From contig DATJYC010000051.1 in assembly GCA_035499735.1 (NCBI GenBank), forward strand, positions 131,667-195,666: a stretch of 64,000 nt of DNA. Direction: 5' to 3'. Shown in pieces: positions 18,869 to 28,511 of this stretch (position 1 is the stretch's first letter; every line of letters begins with the position of its first letter). This DNA comes from Burkholderiales bacterium. GTDB lineage: Bacteria; Pseudomonadota; Gammaproteobacteria; Burkholderiales; SG8-39. Made by a program: the position numbers and the translations under genes. Below the pieces are notes generated by a model, which had not been told where the DNA came from, did no database searches, and was given only the letters and a program-made list of their open reading frames with translations.

Positions 18869-20143
18869 ATGGACCGGGCTGGCTACCATATTCGCCTGGT
18901 CGCATTCTCCGCGGTTGGAATGCTCGCCCTCCTTGCAATGTTCAATTTCGTTGTCGATCCCTATGGCAATTTCGATGTGCCCAGGATCTCGGGAGTGAAC
19001 GAGCGGCCGCTGGGATTCAACCGCCAACCGCTGCTCGCGAAGTCTCTCGCTGTGACCCGCATACGGCCGGAGAGCATCATCCTCGGAAATTCGCGCCCCG
19101 AGAGCGCGTACGCCCCCCGGTACTCCGGATTTTTCGAATCCCCCGGTTACAACCTCGCCGTCGGAGGCGCCCATCTCGGGCAAGTGCGCCGGTATTTCCT
19201 CGAAGCGCTCGCGACGGGACGCTTGAGGCAGGTGCTGCTGACGACAGATATATCGATGTTCGACCCGTCACAGGAGACTTCGCAGCACATTCCCGACGTC
19301 TTCATGCTCACCGACGAGTCCGGCCGGCCCACGGACGCACGCCGGAAATGGCTTCGCCTCGCGTTTGTTCTGCTCTCCGGACCCGCCAGCGCCGATAGCT
19401 GGTGGTCGCTGAGACACCAGCGCGACCCAGTCGTTGACTACTCGTCCGCGGGAGTGCGGGAGGAATCGGCGAACGATCGGCAGGTCGAACGAGAAGGTGG
19501 CCACCGCAGCGCGTCCTGGCGGACTGAGTCCGCCTTCCTCGCGCAGAGTTTGCGCGACGTCGGGACCCCGGGCTTTCCCCGGGCATACGACGCGATGCTC
19601 GCGCAACTCGGCGATATCGTCGCCCTTTCGGCAAGGCACGGCGTGCGGCTCGACATTGTGATCGACCCGATCCACGCGCGCTACAGCTACGTCTACGCCG
19701 CAGCTGGATTGTGGCCCCTCTATAGGAAGTGGAAAAGAGATCTCGTAGAGTTGGTCGCTCGGTCGCACTATCCGGTCGGGTTATGGGACTTCAGCGGCGT
19801 GAGCCAATGCAGTTCGGAGCCCTTGCCGCCCGAAGGCAACACGACGACCAGGATGCGCTGGTACTGGGAGTCGGGACACTTCAGGCCGCGGCTGGGTAAG
19901 CTCGTCCTCGACATGGTATACGGGGGGCGGAGCGCGAACCAGTGTCCCGGCCTGGGTGGCCGGCTCGAGCCTGGCACCCTCGATGCCGCGCTTGCCGCGC
20001 AGGATTCGGCGCTCGATCGTTGGATCGAGAGCCACCCAGTGGACGTCGCCGAAATCGACGCGCTCGCAAAACGTTACGGTAGAGATCTGGCCCCAGCCAA
20101 CAGTTTCACAAAATCTGAAGCGATGCGATCTGGAAAAAAGTGA
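18869..20143 (+). CDS. Uncharacterised membrane-anchored protein, putative MBOAT partner (DltD/SGNH-like is speculative)
   Basis: 424-aa ORF starting 2 nt after the MBOAT stop. It has one N-terminal TM helix (VAFSAVGMLALLAMFNFVV) and then a soluble domain. IILGNSRPE loosely resembles an SGNH/DltD block I motif. Confidence 0.5.
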   Translation: MDRAGYHIRLVAFSAVGMLALLAMFNFVVDPYGNFDVPRISGVNERPLGFNRQPLLAKSLAVTRIRPESIILGNSRPESAYAPRYSGFFESPGYNLAVGGAHLGQVRRYFLEALATGRLRQVLLTTDISMFDPSQETSQHIPDVFMLTDESGRPTDARRKWLRLAFVLLSGPASADSWWSLRHQRDPVVDYSSAGVREESANDRQVEREGGHRSASWRTESAFLAQSLRDVGTPGFPRAYDAMLAQLGDIVALSARHGVRLDIVIDPIHARYSYVYAAAGLWPLYRKWKRDLVELVARSHYPVGLWDFSGVSQCSSEPLPPEGNTTTRMRWYWESGHFRPRLGKLVLDMVYGGRSANQCPGLGGRLEPGTLDAALAAQDSALDRWIESHPVDVAEIDALAKRYGRDLAPANSFTKSEAMRSGKK

Positions 20144-22095
20144 GCGGCCATTCTGCGTGACCGCTCTGGCCATAGGGTGCGGAGCTCCGGTGCCACCAGC
20201 GCGCGCGCTACAGCGTCGCGCAGCGCGGGCACGTTTCCTGCCGGAACGACCAGACCTGCGTCGAACGATTGCACCCAGTCTGCGATTCCCGCGCCGTCGC
20301 TTGTCACCGAAGGCGTGCCTACCGCGGCAGCCTCGACGGTCGCCATGTTGAGCCCCTCGCACAGGGTTGGATTGACGTGCAGGTCCGCCGCCGCGAGGTA
20401 TTCGCAAACCTCGCGCCCCTTTAGCTGGCCGGTGAAATGCACGCGGTCGCAAAAGCCCGAAGCGAGCAGTACCGGACGCACGCCCCGAGCGAGCCAGGGA
20501 TCCTCCGGCCCGCACAGCAGCCAGTGGCACCCGGGTACGGCGGAGCAGATGTCGGCCCACGCTCTCGCGAGATCCTGTATCCCTTTGCTCTGGTGATTCC
20601 CGCTCAGGGTGACGATGAGCGGGGCACCCGACGGGATGCCGTGCAGCGACCGGATCGCCTCGCCGCACTGCGAGCGCTTCGCGTAGACCTCGTTCACCAG
20701 GCTGATCGGCGAGGCCAGTTGGATCGGGAGCACGGTGATTCGGGATGCCTCGGCACCCTCCCGAAGCAGGGCGCGCTCCAGCGAAGCGCACAGCGCCCGC
20801 ATGACGTCGATACCTCGCAGCGAACTGCGGATCAGCCAGCTCACCATCGCGGTACGTCTCATTCCGTAGCCGTAGGTCGAGCAATCCAGAATGTCGCCGC
20901 CGATGTAGTTGACGATCAGGCGCGCACGCAGCAGGCCTAGCCGCTTGAGAAATGCCGCGGGGACGGCGTAGCTGAACCCGTCGCTGCAAACCATGGCGTT
21001 CGGGCGGAATCGACGAACGGCGGCCTGAATGACCCACATGCGGTGCACTAGGTTGCGGTCGTTGAAAGCTCTCCTGAAGATCCGGTCGGGAATCCAGGTC
21101 AACAGTCTTTCCCATCCACGTCGCGGGTCATACCACAGAGTGCGTATGCCGTCGTTCGGATCGCGATAGAACGGCGCCAGGTGGCGAGCGCCCTGCTCCA
21201 GGTCGCGCTTTTCCTCCAGCGCGCATACGTCGAAGGAACGCGCGCGCAATTCCTGGAGCATGGCGTATTCGCCGATCCACGCCCTGGGATGCAGGTAGAG
21301 GACTCGCATCCTCGCCTCGAAGAGCCCGTGGAGCTCTCGCATCGCGTGTTCCAGCGGCGTCGCTGAAAACTCCCAGTCTGTCACGCCCGGCATGCGCATC
21401 CCAGCGAGCCGGATCTCGACTGCTTCTCTTCCCTTGCTCACTCGAGCCCAGAACAGCGGAGTCGGCAGGATGAGGATCTTCGACCCCACGACCTTGCGCA
21501 GAGTGCGGATGTAATCCAGCTCGGAGCATTCGAGCCCGACGATGTTGAACGATTTGCGCGCCTCTGAAGAAAGAGTCGCGTCGACGATCGCGGCAGCGCA
21601 GTCCTTGACGTAGACGTAGTGAACCAGCTGGCGCCCGGAGCCGAGCACGCGCCACAGGGCCTTCCTCTTCAGCTTGGCGAACGTTCCACGCAGGTGATCG
21701 GTCGCGCCGTAGATGTGGCCGGGCCGGAGGATGAGCCACTCGAGCCCGCTTCGCCTGACCAGATCTTCCGCCGCAAGCTTGCTCTTCCCGTAGGCGGAAG
21801 GAAACTTGACTCCCATCGAAGAGACGTAGACGAACCGCCGGACGCTAGATTGCTCGCACGATTCGAGTAGGCGACGCGTCCCCTGCGTGTTCACCTCGGA
21901 GAAATCTTCGTCGCAAGAGCCGCGCCCCGGGACTAGTCCTGCGCAGTGGATGACCGTGTCCATCCCCGCCACGTCCGCCGGTTTCACCTGCTCAAGCCGA
22001 CCCTTCAGGGGTTGCCAAGCGAGGCGACGCGACTCGAGCTCTGCCGCAATCTCTCTGCCGAGAAAGCCTGTCGAACCGGTCAGCAGGACCGTCAT
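20074..22095 (-). CDS. Fusion protein: N-terminal NAD-dependent epimerase/dehydratase (SDR) + C-terminal GT4-family glycosyltransferase
   Basis: 673-aa uninterrupted ORF. Residues 1-~270 carry MTVLLTGSTGFLGREI and YGKSK. From about residue 272 the text MRVLYLHPRAWIGEY reads like a glycosyltransferase N-terminus. The C-terminus has CEGLNMATVEAAAVGTPSV (E-x7-E-like). Confidence 0.75.
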   Translation of the reverse strand: MTVLLTGSTGFLGREIAAELESRRLAWQPLKGRLEQVKPADVAGMDTVIHCAGLVPGRGSCDEDFSEVNTQGTRRLLESCEQSSVRRFVYVSSMGVKFPSAYGKSKLAAEDLVRRSGLEWLILRPGHIYGATDHLRGTFAKLKRKALWRVLGSGRQLVHYVYVKDCAAAIVDATLSSEARKSFNIVGLECSELDYIRTLRKVVGSKILILPTPLFWARVSKGREAVEIRLAGMRMPGVTDWEFSATPLEHAMRELHGLFEARMRVLYLHPRAWIGEYAMLQELRARSFDVCALEEKRDLEQGARHLAPFYRDPNDGIRTLWYDPRRGWERLLTWIPDRIFRRAFNDRNLVHRMWVIQAAVRRFRPNAMVCSDGFSYAVPAAFLKRLGLLRARLIVNYIGGDILDCSTYGYGMRRTAMVSWLIRSSLRGIDVMRALCASLERALLREGAEASRITVLPIQLASPISLVNEVYAKRSQCGEAIRSLHGIPSGAPLIVTLSGNHQSKGIQDLARAWADICSAVPGCHWLLCGPEDPWLARGVRPVLLASGFCDRVHFTGQLKGREVCEYLAAADLHVNPTLCEGLNMATVEAAAVGTPSVTSDGAGIADWVQSFDAGLVVPAGNVPALRDAVARALVAPELRTLWPERSRRMAAHFFPDRIASDFVKLLAGARSLP

Positions 22096-22107
22096 GCTCG
22101 ACGGAAT

Positions 22108-24000
22108 TTACGCATCGACCCGGAACCGCTCCACCCACATCGCCAGCACGAACAGCGGCCACAGCCGCGTGCTGTGCGAGACCCGCCCCGAGACGTGCTC
22201 GTCGACGTAGCGCTCGATCACGTTCTGGCGGAACCAGCGCGCGAGGGTCCTTTTCGACACCAGCGTGTCGCGCATCATGTCCGCCAGGTCTTCCCTCAAC
22301 CACCGCGATAGCGGCACCGAGAACCCTTTCTTCGGACGGTCCATGAAGCCGGGCGGCAGCCAGCCGGCGAACGCCTCCTTGAGGATGTGCTTATGGCGTC
22401 CGGTGGCGGAAAGCTTGTAGCTTCCGGGAAGCGTCGCGGCGAATTCGATCAGCTCGTAATCGAGGAAAGGCGAGCGGCACTCGAGCGAGCTCGCCATGCT
22501 GGTGACGTCCACCTTGAACAGGATGTCCTCGGGAAGGTAGGTGGTGAGGTCAAGGTAGAGGTAGCGGTTGAGCATGTCCTTGCCCGGACGCTCGAAATGC
22601 CCGGCGAAATAGGCTTCTACGGTCGGGCCTCCCGCGCGCTCGCGGAAGTAGGGCGTGACCATGTCCTCCTTCTCCTCGTCGGAGAAGAACGCAAGCAGAT
22701 GCTGATAGCGCGCCACGCCCTCTAGCGTGAGCATCTGGTCCGCGCGCGTGGCGGGGAAGGCGCGGGGCGAGCGCCCCGGGTGCGTCGCGTTCTCGACCGC
22801 GACCGCGATCCGGCGCACCCCTTTCCACAGGGGGATGAGGCCGCGGCGCGCGAGCCATTCCAGGCGCCGTATCTGGTAGAAACGCCGGTAGCCGGCGAAC
22901 ACCTCGTCGCCGCCGTCCCCGGTCAGTGCCACCGTCACCCCAGTGCGCGCGAATTTCGACACGTAGTACGTCGGCATCACCGAGTTGTCGGCGAGGGGCT
23001 CGCCCAGGTGGTCGATCATCTTCGGCATGACATCGACCGCGTCGGCCTTCACCATCATCTCGTGGTGCTCGGTACCCAGATGCGTCGCGATCTCCTTCGC
23101 GTGCGGCAGCTCGTTGAAGCGTTCGTCCTCGAATCCGATCGAGAAGGTGCGCAGCGGCGAGGCACCCAGCCTCGCCATCGCCGCGACCGTGATCGAGGAA
23201 TCGATGCCCCCGGAAAGAAAGGCTCCCAGCGGAACGTCGCTCACCAGCCGCAGCCGCGTAGCCTCGAGCATCTGCTCGCGTACCGCCTCGCAGGCCTCGC
23301 CGAAGCCGAGCTTGCCCGTCTTCTCCAGGTCCAGGTCCCAATAGCGGAACACGCGCTCGACGCGGCCCGCGCGCACCGTCATGGCATGCGCAGGCGGGAG
23401 CTTGCGTACCGCCGCGAAGCCGGAGCGGGGCGCCGGAACGTACTGCAGCGTCAGGTATTGGTCGAGTCCCTGGAAATCCGGCTCGCGCGACAACGTAGGA
23501 TCGAGCGCGAACAGGGCCTGAATTTCGGAGCCGAACAGGAACCCCTTCGGCGTCTCCGCGTAGACGAGCGGCTTCACGCCCAGGCGATCGCGAGCGAGCG
23601 AAAGACGCTTTTCTTCGCGGTCCCACGCCGCGAAAGCGAACATGCCGCGCAGGTGCGTAAGGCAGCGCTCCAGCCCCTCGCGCGCGAACAGGCGTAGCAG
23701 CACCTCGGTGTCGGAATGACCGCGGAAGCGCTCTCCCTTCGCTTCGAGCGCGTCGCGCAGCTCCTGGAAGTTGTACACCTCGCCGTTGAAGACGATGACG
23801 TAGCGCCCGTCGGGCGACAGCATCGGCTGGTGGCCCGCCTCGGACAGATCGATGATCGCGAGCCGCCTGAACCCCAAGTGCGCTCCGCCCTCGCTCCACG
23901 TTCCTTTGTCGTCTGGCCCGCGATGCTCGAGGCAGTCGACCGCTCGGGCGAGGTCTACCTCGGCGCCCGCCGGCAGTACCGCACCCGTTATCCCGCACAT
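22108..24000 (-). CDS. asnB: Asparagine synthase (glutamine-hydrolysing) family amidotransferase
   Basis: Track frame 22108..24780. The real start is ATG at 24000, giving MCGITG (N-terminal Cys nucleophile of class II glutamine amidotransferases). SGGIDSS is the PP-loop motif. The start overlaps the stop of the upstream gene. Confidence 0.9.
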   Translation of the reverse strand: MCGITGAVLPAGAEVDLARAVDCLEHRGPDDKGTWSEGGAHLGFRRLAIIDLSEAGHQPMLSPDGRYVIVFNGEVYNFQELRDALEAKGERFRGHSDTEVLLRLFAREGLERCLTHLRGMFAFAAWDREEKRLSLARDRLGVKPLVYAETPKGFLFGSEIQALFALDPTLSREPDFQGLDQYLTLQYVPAPRSGFAAVRKLPPAHAMTVRAGRVERVFRYWDLDLEKTGKLGFGEACEAVREQMLEATRLRLVSDVPLGAFLSGGIDSSITVAAMARLGASPLRTFSIGFEDERFNELPHAKEIATHLGTEHHEMMVKADAVDVMPKMIDHLGEPLADNSVMPTYYVSKFARTGVTVALTGDGGDEVFAGYRRFYQIRRLEWLARRGLIPLWKGVRRIAVAVENATHPGRSPRAFPATRADQMLTLEGVARYQHLLAFFSDEEKEDMVTPYFRERAGGPTVEAYFAGHFERPGKDMLNRYLYLDLTTYLPEDILFKVDVTSMASSLECRSPFLDYELIEFAATLPGSYKLSATGRHKHILKEAFAGWLPPGFMDRPKKGFSVPLSRWLREDLADMMRDTLVSKRTLARWFRQNVIERYVDEHVSGRVSHSTRLWPLFVLAMWVERFRVDA

Positions 24001-25097
24001 CAGACGCCTCCGTGAAACAGCGACTCGAGCTTGGCGGCGTTGGCCGCCCAAGTGAACTCCGCGCAGGCTCGCGCGCGCGCCTTGTCGCCCAGCGCGCGCA
24101 GCGGCTCCGCCGCCGCGGCCTCGATCGCAGCGCACCAAGCCGGTACCGCTCCAGGAGGAAGCAGGTGCCCGGTCTCGCCTTCGACGACGATCTCCGGCAG
24201 GCCACCATTGTCGGAAGCGAGGACCGGCAGCCCGCACGCCATTGCCTCGACGACGCTGATGCCGAACGCTTCCTCGCCAATCGAGGGCTGTACGTAGAGG
24301 TCGCACTGCGACAGGATCCGCGGTAGGTCGGCGTGCGGGACGCGTCCGAGAAACCGCACCCGCTGCGCCACGCCGGCCCGCTCGGCCTGCGCGCGCAGGT
24401 TCTGCTCTTCGGGTCCTTCGCCGATGACGGCGTAGCGCACGCGCTGCGGCAGGCCGGCAAGCGCCTCCACCACGACGCGCGTTCCCTTCCATCCGATCAG
24501 CCGAGATACGCTGACCACGAGCAGGTCGTCCGGACCCGCGCCGAGGGATCGGCGCAGTTCCGGATCGCGGCCGCGCGGGGCAAACACCTCGGTGTCCACG
24601 CCGTTGTGAATCACCTTGACGGCGCGGCCGTAGCGCTCCTCGATCTGCCGCGCGTTGTACCTGCTCGCCGATACCCAATGCCGGACCGCGCCGCTGAACA
24701 TACGGTCGCCCAAGTAGAAATCTGTGCCGCCGGAGCGAAACAGGGTCTGCGCGGCCAGTCCGCGGCGACGCGCCCGCCACAGTATCGGGAAGTCGAACGG
24801 CTTGTTCACGATCACAGCATCGTATCCGGCGCTGACGAGATGCCCAAGGGAATGTCGGGCAAACGACAGTCTTTCCATGAGGCGCCGGAAGCGCGTGCCG
24901 AGATCGGGCCAGTCCTGCTCGACTCGGAAGGGGAATTGCATCAGCTTCACTTCATCGTGGCGGGCTTTCCCCCTGTTCCCCGCAACGATAGTGACCTCGT
25001 GGCCGCGCCGAGCCAGCGCCCGGCCCGCTTCCCAGCAATAGGTCTCCAGCCCCCCCGGGATGAAGCTCGCCGTAACGTTGTAGAAGCAGATCTTCAC
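24000..25097 (-). CDS. GT-B fold glycosyltransferase (GT4 family)
   Basis: Track frame 24000..25175. The likely GTG start at 25097 (VKICFYNVTASFIPGGLETYCWE) forms a GTGA overlap with the upstream stop. EEAFGISVVEAMACGLPVLASDNGGLPE is the donor-binding motif. Confidence 0.8.
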   Translation of the reverse strand: MKICFYNVTASFIPGGLETYCWEAGRALARRGHEVTIVAGNRGKARHDEVKLMQFPFRVEQDWPDLGTRFRRLMERLSFARHSLGHLVSAGYDAVIVNKPFDFPILWRARRRGLAAQTLFRSGGTDFYLGDRMFSGAVRHWVSASRYNARQIEERYGRAVKVIHNGVDTEVFAPRGRDPELRRSLGAGPDDLLVVSVSRLIGWKGTRVVVEALAGLPQRVRYAVIGEGPEEQNLRAQAERAGVAQRVRFLGRVPHADLPRILSQCDLYVQPSIGEEAFGISVVEAMACGLPVLASDNGGLPEIVVEGETGHLLPPGAVPAWCAAIEAAAAEPLRALGDKARARACAEFTWAANAAKLESLFHGGV

Positions 25098-26302
25098 GGT
25101 GCGGGGGTCGCCCGGCTTCGGCTCTGAAGAAGCACATCGTATAAGTCTTCGAACTCCCGGCACACCCGGTCCCACGCGAAATCGCGCTCGACGCGAGCGC
25201 GCAGCCAGCGGCCAGCGCTCGCGCGAGCGAGCGGGGACTCGACATAGCGCCGGATCTCCGCCGCGATTGCATCCGGATCACCCGGGTCCGCGACGAAGGA
25301 AAAATCCGGACAGCCCGAAAGGAATTCGGTGATCCCGCCGCGCGCCGCCGCGACGATGGGTAGCCCCGCCGCGGCAGCCTCGAGCATCACCGTGGGAAAA
25401 GGATCGTTCCAGAGCGAGGGCATGACAAACACGTCCCCGGCGACCAGGAAGTCATGCATATGGTCGGGACGCAGGCTGCCGACCCATTTCACCCCATCCA
25501 TGGATGCGATCCGCTTGGTCGCGGCCTTTCCGTATACCGCCTTCTCGTTGCCGGGGTCGTCGCTCTCGCGCACATTCCCGGCGATCAGCAGCATCATCGG
25601 GCCGGATGCTCGCTGCCGCAAGCGTTCGTAGGCGTCCAAAAGTTCATTGACGCCTTTCTCCCTAACCAGGCGCCCGGCGAAAAGCAGCACCGTCGCGCGC
25701 GGATCGGTTACGCCGAAGCGCGCGCGCAGACCGGCGCGCGCGGCGTCGGGGATCTCCCAGCGCGGAGGATGCCCCGAGGCATCCACGCCCGTGTAGATCA
25801 CCCGGATGCGCGCGGCCGGAATGGCGTTGTGGCGCTCGAGCCAGCCCTGGATGTAGCGGCTGCAGGCGATCCAGCGAGACACGCGATGCATCGCGGCTCT
25901 CGGCAAGGGTTTCTCGTTCGCCACGTGCACGACCACCGGCAGGGATGCCTGTCCCAGTCGCGCGTCGAGCCCCGCGAGCAGCTTGGGCTCGTTGTGAATG
26001 TGCACGATCGCCGCCCGCTCTTCCCGCAGGATCCGCCACATCCGCTCGGCGTACGGAAGGGGATCGAGGCGGGTGATCTTCTGGAACAGCCGCCGGTACA
26101 CGCGCCCGACTCGGATCCGCCGGATCCGCACGGGCGGCTGATCCTCCGTCTCCGGCTGTCCTTCGAACCAGCCGCACACGACCACCGGGCGATAGCGGAC
26201 TTGACGGCGCGACACCATCTCGACCCGCAGCTCGGTTCCGGCCGCATAAATCGGCGGGAACGGATTGTAGTCAGGCAGCAAGTGCGCGACGGTCGGCTTC
26301 AT
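25094..26302 (-). CDS. GT-B fold glycosyltransferase (GT4 family)
   Basis: Track frame 25094..26383. The likely ATG start at 26302 (MKPTVAHLLPDYNPFPP) forms an ATGA overlap with the upstream stop. The C-terminus carries NDPFPTVMLEAAAAGLPIVAAARGG. Confidence 0.8.
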   Translation of the reverse strand: MKPTVAHLLPDYNPFPPIYAAGTELRVEMVSRRQVRYRPVVVCGWFEGQPETEDQPPVRIRRIRVGRVYRRLFQKITRLDPLPYAERMWRILREERAAIVHIHNEPKLLAGLDARLGQASLPVVVHVANEKPLPRAAMHRVSRWIACSRYIQGWLERHNAIPAARIRVIYTGVDASGHPPRWEIPDAARAGLRARFGVTDPRATVLLFAGRLVREKGVNELLDAYERLRQRASGPMMLLIAGNVRESDDPGNEKAVYGKAATKRIASMDGVKWVGSLRPDHMHDFLVAGDVFVMPSLWNDPFPTVMLEAAAAGLPIVAAARGGITEFLSGCPDFSFVADPGDPDAIAAEIRRYVESPLARASAGRWLRARVERDFAWDRVCREFEDLYDVLLQSRSRATPAP

Positions 26303-27417
26303 CGGGCAAGCGCCGATTCGAGCGCCTCGCACACTTCGTCGACGCCGATCCGGTCCATGCAATTGCGCGGGACGTAGGGGCATTGCTTGACACGCGAAGG
26401 CTCACAGGCACACGCCTTCTGGATGACAACCGGCGCCCTTCCGCGGGAACGCGGGCCGACCAGCGAGGCGGAAGTCGGCGCGTACAGGCCGACCACCGCA
26501 ACGCCGAGCGCGGCGGCGAGATGCAGCACGCCCGTGTCCGGAGCGACCACGCAGCTCGCGCCGGCGAGGCAGGCGGCGGTGTGCGCGATGTCGAGCTCGC
26601 CCGCGACGACTTGGACGCCGGCCAGTCCTGCCGCGAGCGGTCGCAGCGCGTCACGGTCGGCCTCGCTTCCCGTCAGCAGCACGGCCAGCTCCGGATGGTC
26701 GCGTCGCGCGTGCTCGAGCAGGGCCCGCATCTTTTCTGCGGGCCAGTTCTTGTAGAGATCGGCAGCGCGGGCGTGCAACACCCAGTACTTCCCGCCTTCG
26801 ACGCGACCACGCATCCGCTCGGCGAAGCCGTCGCGCACCGCAGAAGGGAGATATATCCTCGGATGACGCTCGGCGGGCGCGACGCCGAGGGTGTCGAGGA
26901 TGCGCAGACGGTTCTCGATGTAGTGCCAACCCGGCACGATGGCGCGGTCGGCGGGCCGATGCCGGTTCGAGAGCAGGAAACCGTACCGCGTACCTTCGGT
27001 CGGAATGCGCACGATGAAACGGCTGCCCGCGAGGAACACCAGGGGAAGAATATCCGGATCGTTTCCATGCAGGACGACGGCGAGGTCCGGACGGAATCGC
27101 CTGAGCTCCCCGAGCAGCGAGAAAAAACGCCGATACTTGCCCGGGTAAGGGATCACGCCGTTCAGGTCCGGGTCGGCCGAGAAAAGCGGTGCCCACCCGG
27201 TCCTGCACAGCAGGCGGATATCTGCACCCGCGAGGGCCTTGCGCAGAGCGGGGAATACGGGCGTCGACAGCACCGCATCCCCCAAGCCGGTGGTTAGAAC
27301 GAGCAGCACTCTTTGCGTCTCCCGGAGCCGCCACTCCGTCACCGGCGGCATCGGGCGAGAGCGTACCTGCTGCGCAACGTAGCAATGGAGCAGGTCGTCG
27401 GCAAACGGAATATTCAC
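26299..27417 (-). CDS. Family 9 glycosyltransferase (LPS heptosyltransferase family)
   Basis: 372-aa ORF with a GTG start. VLLVLTTGLGDAVLSTPVFPALRKAL is the GT9 motif. It forms a GTGA overlap with the upstream stop. Confidence 0.8.
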   Translation of the reverse strand: MNIPFADDLLHCYVAQQVRSRPMPPVTEWRLRETQRVLLVLTTGLGDAVLSTPVFPALRKALAGADIRLLCRTGWAPLFSADPDLNGVIPYPGKYRRFFSLLGELRRFRPDLAVVLHGNDPDILPLVFLAGSRFIVRIPTEGTRYGFLLSNRHRPADRAIVPGWHYIENRLRILDTLGVAPAERHPRIYLPSAVRDGFAERMRGRVEGGKYWVLHARAADLYKNWPAEKMRALLEHARRDHPELAVLLTGSEADRDALRPLAAGLAGVQVVAGELDIAHTAACLAGASCVVAPDTGVLHLAAALGVAVVGLYAPTSASLVGPRSRGRAPVVIQKACACEPSRVKQCPYVPRNCMDRIGVDEVCEALESALAR

Positions 27418-28508
27418 GCCGATCCCGCGGCCGCGAGGAAGATCCGCTCCATCTGATCGAGCATGGTCGAGACGCCGAATCGCGACCGGGCCTGCTCGTA
27501 ACCGGCTTGTGCCAACTGTTCCCGCAGCGTCGGTTCGGCCCGGAGTCGGGCGAGTGCGGAGCGCAGCGAGTCCGCGCTCTGCGGTTGCACGAACAGCCCC
27601 GTATGTCCGTCACGCACGATCTCATCGATGGATCCGATCGCAGTGGTGACGACGGGAATACGGCAGGCCATCGCCTGCATGATCGCCTGCGGCACGCCCT
27701 CGTTGGCGTACGAGGGGAGCGCGAATACGTCGAAGGCCTGCAGCCAGGGGACGACGTCATCCTGGTTACCCGGCATGCGCACCCGTGACTCGATGCCCAG
27801 TGCCTTGACCTGCGCGCGCAGGTTGTCCGCGCCGGGGCCGTCTCCGACCATCACCAGCGTCACCTCCGGCATGCCTGCGACAGCATCCACCAGATAGCGG
27901 TGACCCTTCCAGCTGCGCAGCGTGGCGACGATACCGACCACGAATGCGTCCGCCGGCAGGTCCAGGCGCGCACGGGCTGCGAGCCGCTCCCCGGGCACGA
28001 AGCGCTCTAGGTCGACGCCGGTGGGAACGGAGCTGACTCGCGCCGCGTCCAGTCCTGTTTCACGCATGACCTGCTCGCGCAAGCGCTCGCCGGTCGTGAC
28101 GACGTGCGCCGCCGCGCTGCAGTACAGCCAGCGGTTCAGGGCGTGACCGGGAATCGGCGTCGAAACGTGCCGCGTGCGCACCAGTCGCGGAGCGCGAGGG
28201 AGAGTGCCCAGGGCCAGGGCGGCCAGCCAGCTGTCGGTGGAGCTGTGGCTGTTGACGACGTCGGCGCCGCTCACGCTCAGGGCGCGGCGCATGGCCCACA
28301 GGCCCGCCAGCCCCTTGCGGGCGATCGGGGCGCCGCTCGCGGGTATTCCCCGGCGGCGCGTTTCCGCGAAGATGCGCGACTCGGGAGGAGCGACCACGCA
28401 GATCTCGTGCCCTCGCGCGAGCATGCCCTCCGCTTCTACGATGATCCGCAGTTCCTGCCCTCCCCAGCCGCACGACGATTCGGTGTGGACGATTCTCAGG
28501 CGCGTCAT
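27414..28508 (-). CDS. GT-B fold glycosyltransferase (GT4 family), LPS-core type
   Basis: 364-aa ORF with N-terminus MTRLRIVHTESSCGWGGQELRII. The C-terminus carries NEGVPQAIMQAMACRIPVVTTAIGS. Confidence 0.8.
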   Translation of the reverse strand: MTRLRIVHTESSCGWGGQELRIIVEAEGMLARGHEICVVAPPESRIFAETRRRGIPASGAPIARKGLAGLWAMRRALSVSGADVVNSHSSTDSWLAALALGTLPRAPRLVRTRHVSTPIPGHALNRWLYCSAAAHVVTTGERLREQVMRETGLDAARVSSVPTGVDLERFVPGERLAARARLDLPADAFVVGIVATLRSWKGHRYLVDAVAGMPEVTLVMVGDGPGADNLRAQVKALGIESRVRMPGNQDDVVPWLQAFDVFALPSYANEGVPQAIMQAMACRIPVVTTAIGSIDEIVRDGHTGLFVQPQSADSLRSALARLRAEPTLREQLAQAGYEQARSRFGVSTMLDQMERIFLAAAGSA

Positions 28509-28511
28509 GCG

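Noticed and set aside
17557-18870. 437-aa ORF antisense to the MBOAT gene
   Set aside because: The composition is low-complexity and charged (R, E, G, P). The plus-strand MBOAT motifs are clear, so this is a high-GC artefact.
22550-24460. 636-aa alternate-frame ORF overlapping asnB and the upstream GT4 gene
   Set aside because: It spans two genes that have clear motifs in other frames. The text is Arg/Ala/Pro/Gly-rich with no domain signature.
22108-24780. Long N-terminal extensions in the ORF track (e.g. 22108..24780, 11795..13255, 54279..56990, 52416..54209, 53917..55050, 59905..61413)
   Set aside because: The extensions overlap the upstream gene in another frame and are Arg/Pro-rich. Conserved N-termini such as MCGITG, MADDALCPLLSVVIPV and [12 protein letters not shown] begin at internal start codons that abut or overlap the upstream stop.
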